From the IMG/VR virus record IMGVR_UViG_3300025809_001850: 64,000 bases of DNA; one strand, written 5' to 3'. Below, in pieces: positions 30,394-39,498 of this stretch. Every line of letters starts with the position of its first letter. The stretch's first letter is position 1. A program made the translations under genes and the position numbers. The notes beneath the pieces were generated by a model that was given only the letters and a program-made list of their open reading frames with translations, searched no databases and was not told where the DNA came from. This DNA is from a virus. Its lineage: Duplodnaviria > Caudoviricetes.

Positions 30394-30608
30394 TGTCTAA
30401 AGCAATTGCTCTACTAGAAGAATTCGCCGAGACCAACGATGATGTCATTTCTATTGATGGTGACATTTTGTATCGTTGTTTAAAAAAATATATGCCAATT
30501 GTATATCCACGATTAGCAAGCATGGGGTACGCTGTATCTGAAATAGAAATACTTGATTCTACAGATGAATATATGAGTGTAAGATTTTATTCCGTGTTCA
30601 AAAAATGA
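30393..30608 (+). CDS. Hypothetical protein
   Basis: TGATG coupling. Confidence 0.5.
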   Translation: MSKAIALLEEFAETNDDVISIDGDILYRCLKKYMPIVYPRLASMGYAVSEIEILDSTDEYMSVRFYSVFKK

Positions 30609-30610
30609 AC

Positions 30611-30639
30611 TCGACTTTTTATAATAACTAAAGTATATT
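30611..30639 (+). promoter_or_regulatory. Variant early promoter upstream of uvsE
   Basis: TCGACT-TTTTATAATAACTAAAG-TATATT. Confidence 0.55.
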
Positions 30640-30645
30640 AAAACA

Positions 30646-31635
30646 ATGAAACTAGGACTTGTCTGTATCTCTGAACAACTAAAAAGCATCAATAAAGAAA
30701 TTGCGTTTCGCACAATGACACGCAAACGATTTAATGATTTAACTGCATTATATGATCGTGATTATGCTATCAAAGAATTGTCGGAAAGAATTCTGATTAA
30801 CATAGAAGTTACAGGTTTAGTTATTGATCATTGCGAAAAACAAAACTTTGCTCATTATCGTCTTACTTGTGCAGGATTTCCACTTATCACAGATCCCACA
30901 CTTGATTTGTCGTTTACAAAACTGCACAATCACCAAGAAATCAAAAAGCAACTAAATTTACTTGGAAAACAAATCAATGAATCATCAGTAAGCATCGGAA
31001 GTCATCCTGATCAATTCAATGTTCTTGCTTCTCTTAATCAAGACTCGGTAAATAAAACTATCAAGGAACTTAACTTTCAAACGAGTATCATTGATATGAT
31101 GCTTCAACCAAGAAATCACAAATGTCCTGTGAACATTCACATCAACGCAAGTCCTGCAAACAAATCTGTCGATGTATCAGATCAAATAGAAGAAATGGTG
31201 AATCGTTTTTATGCAGGTTTCTCGCAATGCAATGAATCAGTTAAAACTCGTCTGACTTTAGAAAACGAAGACAAAGGATTTTTCAGTACAGAGCATATTC
31301 TTATGTTTCATGCTAGATTAAAGGAAAAGTATGATGTTGATGTTCCTATATGCTACGACAACCTCCATGATGTCTGCAACAACACTTGTGGTAACGATGT
31401 AGAAACTAATATGAACCTATGCATGGAAACATGGCCAAACGATGTAGAACCCGTGTTTCATTGGTCAGAAGGCAAAGAAGATAAAATGCGTAGTCATCGT
31501 GATTATTATACCGACAACTTCTTTCCACCAACTGCAACTCGTAGCATAAAGTGGGAGTGTGAAGTAAAAGCAAAAGATAATGCAATTTGCCAGTTGCTTG
31601 AACAACACGAAGCACACAATCTACTTGTTGCGTGA
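30646..31635 (+). CDS. uvsE: UV damage endonuclease (UvsE/UVDE)
   Basis: MKLGLVC, HPDQFNVLAS, HI, LENED, YDNLH, FHWSE, SH.DY, EVKAKD. Confidence 0.88.
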   Translation: MKLGLVCISEQLKSINKEIAFRTMTRKRFNDLTALYDRDYAIKELSERILINIEVTGLVIDHCEKQNFAHYRLTCAGFPLITDPTLDLSFTKLHNHQEIKKQLNLLGKQINESSVSIGSHPDQFNVLASLNQDSVNKTIKELNFQTSIIDMMLQPRNHKCPVNIHINASPANKSVDVSDQIEEMVNRFYAGFSQCNESVKTRLTLENEDKGFFSTEHILMFHARLKEKYDVDVPICYDNLHDVCNNTCGNDVETNMNLCMETWPNDVEPVFHWSEGKEDKMRSHRDYYTDNFFPPTATRSIKWECEVKAKDNAICQLLEQHEAHNLLVA

Positions 31636-31639
31636 TTAT

Positions 31640-31726
31640 GCTTGATATATCATGCACATTGGTAGATTTAAGGTGGAAATCCAGAAGTTAGGTGCTTAAT
31701 TCTGTATATTGCATGATATATCATGC
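31640..31726. repeat. Pair of 16-bp palindromes GC(A/T)TGATATATCATGC
   Basis: 31640-31655 (1 mismatch) and 31711-31726 (perfect), intergenic. Confidence 0.85.
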
Positions 31727-31763
31727 CTAGCAAGCAATTTGGTGATTATTATAAAAATAATGC

Positions 31764-31810
31764 TTGACTTTTTATAATAAATTTGGTAAGATACTTGTAT
31801 TGAGAGTGAG
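31764..31810 (+). promoter_or_regulatory. Full-length early promoter/leader cassette
   Basis: TTGACTTTTTATAATAAATTTGGTAAGATACTTGTATTGAGAGTGAG. Confidence 0.88.
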
Positions 31811-31838
31811 AAAGAACCAAAACAAAAATATTAAAAAT

Positions 31839-32261
31839 ATGAATAACGATCAAAATATAAACGAGAGAATAGAAAACTTTATGCAGTTGGTAAACCAAAA
31901 TATGCATAATCATTACAGAAACAACTTTCCTTCCACTTATGCGGAAACTGCCGAAGATCATCAGTATGTGATTGCTGATACCGGCCGTAAGTTTCTTAGA
32001 ATTGCAAGTGTTGATCGTGATGGCAATGCTCGTAGTGTTTATTGCTTCGTTGCTCTTGTTGACGGAAACACCAAGAGTATGGGTTCATATTCCGTTGGTG
32101 ACATTCTGAAACCAGCAACTTGGAAGGCACCTGCAAGACACTCAAGAGGTTCAGTTCTTGCTGATGACTTTGGTCTTTCGTGTGTTGGTCCTTACGGAGT
32201 TGATTATTTAACTCGTAAGGGTGGTACTTACAAGTTTTCACCTTTAACGGCAACTGCATAA
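31839..32261 (+). CDS. Conserved phage hypothetical protein
   Basis: GRKFLRI, SVYCFV, GDILKPATWKAPA motif typical of large-phage early proteins. Confidence 0.65.
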   Translation: MNNDQNINERIENFMQLVNQNMHNHYRNNFPSTYAETAEDHQYVIADTGRKFLRIASVDRDGNARSVYCFVALVDGNTKSMGSYSVGDILKPATWKAPARHSRGSVLADDFGLSCVGPYGVDYLTRKGGTYKFSPLTATA

Positions 32262-32277
32262 TAAAAGTCGATTTAAC

Positions 32278-32306
32278 TTGACTTTTTATAATAATTTTGG
32301 TAATAT
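32278..32306 (+). promoter_or_regulatory. Early promoter cassette copy with hairpin over the -35
   Basis: AAAAGTCGA-TTTAAC-TTGACTTTT; TTGACT-17-TAATAT. Confidence 0.8.
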
Positions 32307-32365
32307 ACTTGTATTGATGATAAGGAAATACTTCCTTTAAAAACAAAAAAAAGAGAGAAAATAAA

Positions 32366-32572
32366 ATGAGTTTTAATAACGGAGATAGAGTTAGAAGTAG
32401 AAATGGAATTGGCTTAGTGGGAATTGTAAGTTACAGAATTGAAGTTCCTCCACCCCGTTGGGAAGAAAACGGAGAAACTCAGATTTCATATGCGATTTCA
32501 TATCCCACCATCGGATCACAAACGATTCTTGACGAAACTGATATAGTTCTCGTAGAGAATCCACTAATATAA
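32366..32572 (+). CDS. Small SH3/KOW-like hypothetical protein
   Basis: FNNGDRV..G.VG.V; AAGAGAGAAA leader. Confidence 0.5.
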   Translation: MSFNNGDRVRSRNGIGLVGIVSYRIEVPPPRWEENGETQISYAISYPTIGSQTILDETDIVLVENPLI

Positions 32573-32588
32573 TTTCAGCAGAATATAT

Positions 32589-32771
32589 ATGAGTATGGAT
32601 TGGAAAGAATTAGCAGAAGATTTAGTATTACTTGAACAACTTAAAAAAAGATTCGTTGAAATTGGTTGTACAGACGATGATGCGTATACATACGCAACTT
32701 ATTTGTATATGACCAATCAACCTATCATAATCAAAACAACAACAATTTCGGACAACAATAATAATAGATAA
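32589..32771 (+). CDS. Hypothetical protein
   Basis: 60-aa ORF in operon context. Confidence 0.45.
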   Translation: MSMDWKELAEDLVLLEQLKKRFVEIGCTDDDAYTYATYLYMTNQPIIIKTTTISDNNNNR

Positions 32772-32774
32772 ATT

Positions 32775-33215
32775 ATGACAATAATCAAAAAAAGAGGACC
32801 AGGTCGTCCCAAGGGTAGCAAAAATAAGATTCAAGCAAACAAATCAACAACTTCGGTTAAACGTGGTCGTGGACGTCCCAAGGGTGCTAAAAACAAGGTG
32901 GTAGAACAAGTTGTAGTAACTTACGAATTACCATTTCCAAATCCTATACATGAATCTCAGAGAATTGAGAATATTCGTTATATGACATCTTTTTATCAAC
33001 ATCCTGACGGCAGAGCAAAACAATTGGCAAGTAAACCCAAGAAACGAGGAAGAAAGTCCGAACTTGAAAACTTTGATCCAGAAAAACTTCTTAAAGAAGA
33101 CTTGGATTCAGATAAAATGACTTACAAGGAATCTGATATTCAAGACGAGTTGAGTCGTATGGACGGATATCGTGATATGTCCGTAAATTCTGCCAGATAT
33201 TCCGATTCTTTTTGA
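32775..33215 (+). CDS. AT-hook DNA-binding protein
   Basis: KRGPGRPKGSKNK, KRGRGRPKGAKNK, KPKKRGRKS. Confidence 0.75.
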   Translation: MTIIKKRGPGRPKGSKNKIQANKSTTSVKRGRGRPKGAKNKVVEQVVVTYELPFPNPIHESQRIENIRYMTSFYQHPDGRAKQLASKPKKRGRKSELENFDPEKLLKEDLDSDKMTYKESDIQDELSRMDGYRDMSVNSARYSDSF

Positions 33216-33249
33216 TGCTTTGCAATATTTATTATTGTGAGACATTAAA

Positions 33250-33663
33250 ATGGGAAACGATAACCAAAATATAAACGGTTACAACAATGATGATGGTGAT
33301 GAAGGTACTGATTACAGAGAGCAAATCTTGCAACTTTGTAAGATGGCACAGGGCAACATAACCACGATTTATTGGTGTAAACAACAAATACGAAAACGAT
33401 TGAAAGTTCTTGATCGTCTCGTCAAACGGTTATCAGATACTAAAGAAGACGATGAATCCCAAAAAAGTCGCATAGAAAACATCATCAAAAAGCAAACTGA
33501 TGCGTGTAAAGAACTTGGTGATAAAATTGAAACTGAAATCGAGAGTTTAGAAGCAATTCGTATAGCAGCTAAATCATTTGGCATTGACATCAAAGCAAGA
33601 TTACTCGAATTGGATGATACATTAGACGGTGAAGATATAGATTCGTTTTTTGAAGACGAGTAA
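33250..33663 (+). CDS. Coiled-coil hypothetical protein
   Basis: 137-aa ORF. Confidence 0.55.
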   Translation: MGNDNQNINGYNNDDGDEGTDYREQILQLCKMAQGNITTIYWCKQQIRKRLKVLDRLVKRLSDTKEDDESQKSRIENIIKKQTDACKELGDKIETEIESLEAIRIAAKSFGIDIKARLLELDDTLDGEDIDSFFEDE

Positions 33664-33707
33664 AAAACTTTAGTTTTTATATTTTCTATATATTTATATT
33701 ATATAGA

Positions 33708-33947
33708 ATGAAACGAACTGCTTACAATTGGCAATATGGTGATTGTCTTTATAGAATAGAGCATTGGAGAAATGCACCAAACGATGTATGTCCGTTTACC
33801 GTTTATATGCTTAGTTCTAATAATGGAAACGGACCAGGAAGTTTTATTGGTTACTTTATGAGTAAAAGTGATGCAGAAGATGCAATTCAAAAAAGTACAA
33901 TAAAAACCTTGAAAGTTAAGATGTCAAGTGGTATTATATTACCATAA
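33708..33947 (+). CDS. Hypothetical protein
   Basis: Preceded by ATATTTATA. Confidence 0.5.
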   Translation: MKRTAYNWQYGDCLYRIEHWRNAPNDVCPFTVYMLSSNNGNGPGSFIGYFMSKSDAEDAIQKSTIKTLKVKMSSGIILP

Positions 33948-34147
33948 TGATGTTTTCAGAACTTTCTAATCGTGCCAAATTAAACTATGTGTTCTTTTGG
34001 ATTAATTTAATTGTTGCTTTTATACTTGCATACGGTGGAAGTTGGTTTTGTATATTCAGTTTGGTTGTATCCTTTTTTTCATGGACGGCATACAAATTTC
34101 AAGATAAAATTGAAGACCAAAATAAAAACATTGACGAAGAAAAGTAA
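33947..34147 (+). CDS. Small membrane protein
   Basis: Two hydrophobic segments. Confidence 0.55.
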   Translation: MMFSELSNRAKLNYVFFWINLIVAFILAYGGSWFCIFSLVVSFFSWTAYKFQDKIEDQNKNIDEEK

Positions 34148-34165
34148 TTTATTTAATATAATTAA

Positions 34166-34378
34166 ATGAATAATCGTCAGATAAGCATTGATATAAAATA
34201 CGGAAACGAGATTTATAAGAAAAATTTTTCGGAATACGACAGTATTGCTTACATTTCGTTTTTGGAAGAATTCAAATTGTGGTATGAAATTAACGATGCA
34301 ACGGATGGGGAAACTCCGGTATTTGACGAAGAGTATATAGAAACGGACGATAAAAATGAGCAACAGAAAATATTATGA
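34166..34378 (+). CDS. Hypothetical acidic protein
   Basis: 70-aa ORF. Confidence 0.5.
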   Translation: MNNRQISIDIKYGNEIYKKNFSEYDSIAYISFLEEFKLWYEINDATDGETPVFDEEYIETDDKNEQQKIL

Positions 34379-34823
34379 TTACACAGAAATACATGGTTTT
34401 TGTGAAACTTTAGCAAATAGATTAAAACGAAGTAACTTTGATTCGGTAGTGGGTGTAAGTAGAGGTGGATTGATTCCTGCTACTATCATTGCCGAGTGCA
34501 TGAATGTGCGTGAATTAAGAACGGTAGGAGTACGTTCTTATGCGTTAAATGGAATTGGCAAGAGAAGCACCTCCGTTTTGTATCAAAGTTGTTCTCCGTA
34601 CTTAAAGGGTGATGTATTATTGATTGATGATATTGCAGATACAGGTGAAACTTTTAACTTTCTGCTTGATCATTTCAGCAAAAATAAAAACATCAATAGC
34701 ATCACCACTTGTAGTTTGTTTGTTAGACGAAGTTCAAGTTATGTTCCCGATTATTATCATACAGATATTGTAGGAAATGATTGGATTGTGTTTCCTTGGG
34801 AACCTGCTCCACCTTCTAATTAA
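34356..34823 (+). CDS. Type I purine phosphoribosyltransferase (Gpt/Hpt-like)
   Basis: VSRGGLIPA, VLLIDDIADTGET PRPP loop, WIVFPWE. Confidence 0.88.
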   Translation: MSNRKYYDYTEIHGFCETLANRLKRSNFDSVVGVSRGGLIPATIIAECMNVRELRTVGVRSYALNGIGKRSTSVLYQSCSPYLKGDVLLIDDIADTGETFNFLLDHFSKNKNINSITTCSLFVRRSSSYVPDYYHTDIVGNDWIVFPWEPAPPSN

Positions 34824-34888
34824 GATTTCCGCAAAAAAAAGTTATTGATTTCATCAACAACTTTTTTTCACTTCAATCAAGTTTTTGA

Positions 34889-34917
34889 TTGACTTTTTAT
34901 AATATTCTTGGTAGTAT
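34889..34917 (+). promoter_or_regulatory. Early promoter heading the DPW array
   Basis: TTGACT-TTTTATAATATTCTTGG-TAGTAT; TCAATCAA/TTGATTGA hairpin overlaps the -35. Confidence 0.8.
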
Positions 34918-34926
34918 GTAAAAAGA

Positions 34927-35247
34927 ATGAGAGATAAAAGAGATAGAGTTTTAATTGATGGTGGAATTTCTTGGCAAACAGATAAATTGCTTGAAAAATA
35001 TCCTATATCAAATGATACAGAGTGGAATGTTGATTTTACAAGCAATCGTTATCCGATGATCGTTTCAAGAATCAAAGAACCTAAACATGATCCTTGGGAT
35101 CGTCCTACTTTGCCTTGGAATTTCAATCAAGGTGATGGCAACAAATATAACTGGACTGCATCATCAATGCACGTCAAAGAATATACTCATTTTCGTTATA
35201 CATCAATCAAAGAAACTGCAATTAAGTTATGGCAAAAGAAACAATAG
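34927..35247 (+). CDS. DPW-family paralogue 1
   Basis: KYPISNDTEW / DPWDRPTLPW / FRYTSIKETAIKLW. Confidence 0.75.
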   Translation: MRDKRDRVLIDGGISWQTDKLLEKYPISNDTEWNVDFTSNRYPMIVSRIKEPKHDPWDRPTLPWNFNQGDGNKYNWTASSMHVKEYTHFRYTSIKETAIKLWQKKQ

Positions 35248-35546
35248 AAATTAATCCGAATGTTGCTTGGTATTCGTTGCAAGAATTATCATTTAGATTT
35301 CCGGTTGTTAATAAACGTTGGCAACGCAATGGAGATTTATTTGAATATTTTTATGATTTAGATGAACAACCTGAAAGTGATCCGTGGGGAAGAAAACTAA
35401 CTCCGTGGACTCGTCTCGGACAAACTGAAATTAATCATTGGGTAAATGCAACTACCAACGGAACATATTATCGGCTAACATCGGTTATGCGAAAAACGGT
35501 TGCATTGTGGATGTATCCTTCACCAAGTCATCCTTTGTATAAATGA
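35229..35546 (+). CDS. DPW-family paralogue 2
   Basis: RFPVVNKRW / DPWGRKLTPW / YRLTSVMRKTVALW. Confidence 0.75.
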   Translation: MAKETIEINPNVAWYSLQELSFRFPVVNKRWQRNGDLFEYFYDLDEQPESDPWGRKLTPWTRLGQTEINHWVNATTNGTYYRLTSVMRKTVALWMYPSPSHPLYK

Positions 35547-35908
35547 CGTTAATTAAAAACGGAATTTTGAATATTGATTTGCTTGCTCCCGGCAACGGAC
35601 TGCACATTCAATCCGAGTATGAACCGAAAAACAAACAATGGTTTCGTTTAGATTCTGAGTGGATTGCTCACGTGCGTCCTGAAACAAACAAAACATCAAG
35701 ATGTCCATTGTTGGAAGAAATTAAAACTGATCCGTGGGAACGGCCACTTATTCCGTGGACTTATGCGTATGCTCAACCTGGTGAAGATTGTTATGGAGCA
35801 CAAAATTGGAAACCAGAAACTAATGATCCTGATGTTCTCAAATTTTATCGGTATGTTACAATAAACGGAAAATATGTAAAACTGAAATTGATTTTCAAAA
35901 ATGATTGA
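35543..35908 (+). CDS. DPW-family paralogue 3
   Basis: EYEPKNKQW / DPWERPLIPW / YRYVTINGKYVKL. Confidence 0.75.
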   Translation: MTLIKNGILNIDLLAPGNGLHIQSEYEPKNKQWFRLDSEWIAHVRPETNKTSRCPLLEEIKTDPWERPLIPWTYAYAQPGEDCYGAQNWKPETNDPDVLKFYRYVTINGKYVKLKLIFKND

Positions 35909-36314
35909 ACCTATTACAATTCGTGGAAACCGAAGTATGACTAATTATGGTCAATTGATTTATGATCGTAATCAAGAGCATTTTTATACTTGGCACGAAG
36001 AACTTGATTATATTATCAAAGAGTATCCTATAACGAATCCTGTGTACGATTATTCTCCACATGATATACGATTTAACATAGCAACGAAAACAAATGTAAG
36101 TGTGTTAACGGAGCGGCAAAAAAAGTTTCTCGACTTTGATCCTTGGAATCGTCCACTTCGTAAATGGACTGCAACAGAAACCGCATATCCTGATACAAAC
36201 TTTGCAAGAAAATATGGTCGTGGTCCATACGAATGGTTAGATATTTATGACGGAGTTGATTTTCGTTGGACAACAATAGAAAACAAAGGAATTCGTTTTT
36301 ACAAATATCTATGA
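35901..36314 (+). CDS. DPW-family paralogue 4
   Basis: EYPITNPVY / DPWNRPLRKW / FRWTTIENKGIRFY. Confidence 0.75.
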   Translation: MIEPITIRGNRSMTNYGQLIYDRNQEHFYTWHEELDYIIKEYPITNPVYDYSPHDIRFNIATKTNVSVLTERQKKFLDFDPWNRPLRKWTATETAYPDTNFARKYGRGPYEWLDIYDGVDFRWTTIENKGIRFYKYL

Positions 36315-36748
36315 AAACAAACAACGATTTTATATTAATTAAGAAATGGCAATTTTATGATGTTTATCCAAAGATTGTGGGTGAGAATGCGTTTCCGATT
36401 ACCAACGAAGATGAATGGGAACGATGGGTTGAACCCATTAATTATCGTAGTCATTTGATTGCACTTGTACCGAATCCTAAATGTGATCCTTGGGGAAGGC
36501 AAATGCTTCCGTATAAAACTGATCACGAAAAAACTCCTTTAATGTGGGGAAAAGTTGGATGGCCACATCCTCCGTTGGATGATATGAATTCCGAAACTTG
36601 CATGACGGTTACTTCAGTAAATGGATTTGCAGTAAAATTGTATCGCAGAAAAGCAGAATGGAATGATCCTTGGCATCGTGCAGAATGCAAAAAACTTGGA
36701 ATAACTTTGAGTGAATATTATGATCGTAAAAAAAATAATAACATTTGA
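36311..36748 (+). CDS. DPW-family paralogue 5 (second DPW near the C-terminus)
   Basis: AFPITNEDEW / DPWGRQMLPY / TVTSVNGFAVKLY / NDPWHR. Confidence 0.75.
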   Translation: MKTNNDFILIKKWQFYDVYPKIVGENAFPITNEDEWERWVEPINYRSHLIALVPNPKCDPWGRQMLPYKTDHEKTPLMWGKVGWPHPPLDDMNSETCMTVTSVNGFAVKLYRRKAEWNDPWHRAECKKLGITLSEYYDRKKNNNI

Positions 36749-36773
36749 CATAATTTTTATAATATCGTAGAAT
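36745..36773 (+). promoter_or_regulatory. Internal sigma70-like promoter in the DPW array
   Basis: TTGACA-17-TAGAAT. Confidence 0.7.
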
Positions 36774-36785
36774 ATAATTAGTAGT

Positions 36786-37028
36786 ATGAGTAAAGAGTGG
36801 GATGTAAATAAATTGATAAACAAATATCCAATCAAGAATATTTGGGAATGGAAATTCACAGGAAATGTTATTACTTCAGTTGTTTGTTTGCATGATATAA
36901 AACAAGATCCTTGGAATCGTGATTTCACAAAAACAAAATCAAACTTTACCGTAGATGAAATGGGATTACTTGTGCATGGATTTACAAAAGTAGATGGAAA
37001 AAAAATAAGATTATGGAGTTGTGTATAA
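36786..37028 (+). CDS. DPW-family paralogue 6 (minimal, 80 aa)
   Basis: KYPIKNIWEW / DPWNR / FTKVDGKKIRLW. Confidence 0.75.
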   Translation: MSKEWDVNKLINKYPIKNIWEWKFTGNVITSVVCLHDIKQDPWNRDFTKTKSNFTVDEMGLLVHGFTKVDGKKIRLWSCV

Positions 37029-37319
37029 ATGAGAACATGGAATAAAGAAAAACTATTATTAAAGTATCCTGTGAGAAATTCATCGGATTATGATGTAAAT
37101 TATGTATTGGGATGTGGCAACGCATATTGGTATCCTGGATTACCAACTAAAATTGTAACTACTGATGGTGATGTTGCATATGATCCTTGGAACCGTGAGT
37201 GGCAAAAAAATACAAAGTGGGAAGCATACAAACCACATAAAGATACATACTTTCGGTGGGTGACCGTTGATAAACAAAAAATTGATGTTTATCTTGTTCA
37301 AAAAAATTATTCAATATAA
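37029..37319 (+). CDS. DPW-family paralogue 7
   Basis: KYPVRNSSDY / DPWNREW / FRWVTVDKQKIDVY. Confidence 0.75.
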   Translation: MRTWNKEKLLLKYPVRNSSDYDVNYVLGCGNAYWYPGLPTKIVTTDGDVAYDPWNREWQKNTKWEAYKPHKDTYFRWVTVDKQKIDVYLVQKNYSI

Positions 37320-37717
37320 TGCCTGTAAAAGAACTTAACATCAATAAAGATACTTGTGGTAAATGGAAATCACGATACATTCTTGATATTCTTGAAAAGT
37401 ATCCACAAATCAATTTCAAAGAATGGGAACTTCTTGAAATGCATCATCAAAATAAACCAAATGAAATTGCAGTTAATATGGTTTGTAAAATATGGTATCC
37501 TAAATTTGATCCGTGGAATAGAGAAATGTGCGATTGGACAATTGGAAATAACAAGTTTTCTGCAAAACACGGAAATCAAGTGAAGCAAGGTGATAACCAT
37601 TCAGTACAACTTCCAAGTATGAAAATCTGGAATACAACGGTTGCAGGACAACTTGTGCGATTGCATGGTCCTGTAAAAAGTTATTTTGTTATTCGTGGAA
37701 CATCTAAAATTTCATAA
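37319..37717 (+). CDS. DPW-family paralogue 8
   Basis: KYPQINFKEW / DPWNREMCDW / WNTTVAGQLVRLH. Confidence 0.75.
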   Translation: MPVKELNINKDTCGKWKSRYILDILEKYPQINFKEWELLEMHHQNKPNEIAVNMVCKIWYPKFDPWNREMCDWTIGNNKFSAKHGNQVKQGDNHSVQLPSMKIWNTTVAGQLVRLHGPVKSYFVIRGTSKIS

Positions 37718-37718
37718 C

Positions 37719-38087
37719 ATGAGTTCTTACGCAAATAGTATTCCTCTTTATATTCAACACAACGATATTCAATGGGATGCATTTGATTTGGTAAACAACA
37801 ATTATCCAATTGAAAATGATAATTGGGAAATACAAGAAGGTAATTTTTTGATGCTCAAAGAAAATTCTTCATTTGATCATAATTATGATCCGTGGAATCG
37901 TAAACTAAGAGCATGGAAGTTTCTTGATAAAGATGGTTTTATTGTAGAATGTGATGCGTGGACAATGAAACTTACAAGCAACATTGCAGCTTCACTTTAC
38001 GAAATTCGTTACACCACGGTTGCAGGAAAATCAATTCCATTATGGAGATATTGCGATGAATCAAAATATGTGTGCGTTCCATCCTGA
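37719..38087 (+). CDS. DPW-family paralogue 9
   Basis: NYPIENDNW / DPWNRKLRAW / IRYTTVAGKSIPLW. Confidence 0.75.
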   Translation: MSSYANSIPLYIQHNDIQWDAFDLVNNNYPIENDNWEIQEGNFLMLKENSSFDHNYDPWNRKLRAWKFLDKDGFIVECDAWTMKLTSNIAASLYEIRYTTVAGKSIPLWRYCDESKYVCVPS

Positions 38088-38439
38088 AGAAATAATTTTA
38101 GAGAATTTTTCAATGGGTGATCACTGGGGAACCGTTGAACTTATGAAACGATATCCAATTCAAAATCATGAACATTGGTCGTATGTATGTGATCCAATGG
38201 ATGTTGATTGTGATCCTGATGTAGCAAAAAAAATAACTTGTATTTCTGATACAGAATTTGATCCTTGGTTTCGTAAAATGATTCCGTGGAAATGGAGAGG
38301 TCATCAAGAAAGTTGTGAGTGGGATTTTCCTACACCTCATTTGTTTTTAAACGGAAAAAAGAAATATGCACTTGCAGAACGATACACAACAATTCAAGGA
38401 AAGCATACAAAATTGTATAAACGAATATACGATTATTAA
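38056..38439 (+). CDS. DPW-family paralogue 10
   Basis: RYPIQNHEHW / DPWFRKMIPW / ERYTTIQGKHTKLY. Confidence 0.75.
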   Translation: MNQNMCAFHPEEIILENFSMGDHWGTVELMKRYPIQNHEHWSYVCDPMDVDCDPDVAKKITCISDTEFDPWFRKMIPWKWRGHQESCEWDFPTPHLFLNGKKKYALAERYTTIQGKHTKLYKRIYDY

Positions 38440-38469
38440 TACAATTCTATGAATTTACACAAAACAATA

Positions 38470-38498
38470 TTGACTTAGAACCTCTTTTAAAATATATT
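38470..38498 (+). promoter_or_regulatory. Sigma70-like promoter
   Basis: TTGACT-17-TATATT. Confidence 0.6.
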
Positions 38499-38507
38499 AT
38501 TATTATT

Positions 38508-38726
38508 ATGAACAAACAAATACCAAAAAACATTCATTCTGCTTTAATTAAAAAATACGAAGCAGAAGCAGATATGGCAAAAGCAAATCTCTCGGTTTAC
38601 GACAACAATATGGTCGGAATAGGAGAACATCAAATTATCGCCGAGACCATTGAAGCAGAATACAAAAAACTTGATTCAGCAATTTCAATGCTTGAAACAC
38701 TAAAAAACAATCCGATTGGTGTATAA
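38508..38726 (+). CDS. Small helical phage protein interrupting the array
   Basis: LIKKYEAE..KANL..Y..N.VGIGEH; no DPW motif. Confidence 0.6.
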   Translation: MNKQIPKNIHSALIKKYEAEADMAKANLSVYDNNMVGIGEHQIIAETIEAEYKKLDSAISMLETLKNNPIGV

Positions 38727-38741
38727 GCACATAAACTGATT

Positions 38742-39092
38742 GTGGCAACGATGGATAAACCCAGTTTAAACATCAACTTTTATTCAGGTGAACAATGGAG
38801 TGACATCACACTTGTCAAAAAATTTCCACCAAGCAATTCTGTTTGGAATATAGGACTTCACTCTGATGTTGGATACGAACGATATTTCGTATTACCTGAT
38901 GATGCTTTGCATGAAGGACAAGACCCGTGGGAACGATGGATGCTTCCGTGGAGAAAAAACAAAACAGATACAACTACATACGCATGGACTGACACAGAAG
39001 CAGTTTTTGATTTACCTGAGAATCTTGAATATCAATTTCGGTGGACAACTGTAGCAGGTAAAAGAGTGAAGTTGTGGCGTAAAAAACCTTGA
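38742..39092 (+). CDS. DPW-family paralogue 11
   Basis: KFPPSNSVW / DPWERWMLPW / FRWTTVAGKRVKLW. Confidence 0.75.
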   Translation: MATMDKPSLNINFYSGEQWSDITLVKKFPPSNSVWNIGLHSDVGYERYFVLPDDALHEGQDPWERWMLPWRKNKTDTTTYAWTDTEAVFDLPENLEYQFRWTTVAGKRVKLWRKKP

Positions 39093-39117
39093 CTTTTTAT
39101 AAGATTTCAAGTAGTAT
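39089..39117 (+). promoter_or_regulatory. Early promoter cassette copy
   Basis: TTGACT-TTTTATAAGATTTCAAG-TAGTAT-ACTTGTAT. Confidence 0.8.
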
Positions 39118-39123
39118 ACTTGT

Positions 39124-39498
39124 ATGACGATGAAAGAAAAGAATGATGTTTTATTTGTCAATGAAGAATTACCATATGATGGTTGGGTTAAAAAACTTTT
39201 AAAAGAGTATCCTGTTAGAAATGCAGGTTGGAGTATTTTCAAACAAAACAAAGAAACTGCGTTCGTTTGGAACATTGATGATAATTTGATGACAGGTCGT
39301 GAAATTCCTTGTTATTCTAAACGTGATCCTTGGAATCGTCCAATTCGCAATTGGAAGTTTTTTGAAAACGATGAACCAAATGTTTGGTTACCTGTTGATG
39401 ATATGCAACGTCAAAGTTTTGAAGTTCCAACGAACGCAATTCAGTATGCGTGGACAAGCATCAATAATCGTTGCTTTTGTTTGTATTTGATTCAATGA
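39124..39498 (+). CDS. DPW-family paralogue 12
   Basis: EYPVRNAGW / DPWNRPIRNW / YAWTSINNRCFCLY. Confidence 0.75.
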   Translation: MTMKEKNDVLFVNEELPYDGWVKKLLKEYPVRNAGWSIFKQNKETAFVWNIDDNLMTGREIPCYSKRDPWNRPIRNWKFFENDEPNVWLPVDDMQRQSFEVPTNAIQYAWTSINNRCFCLYLIQ

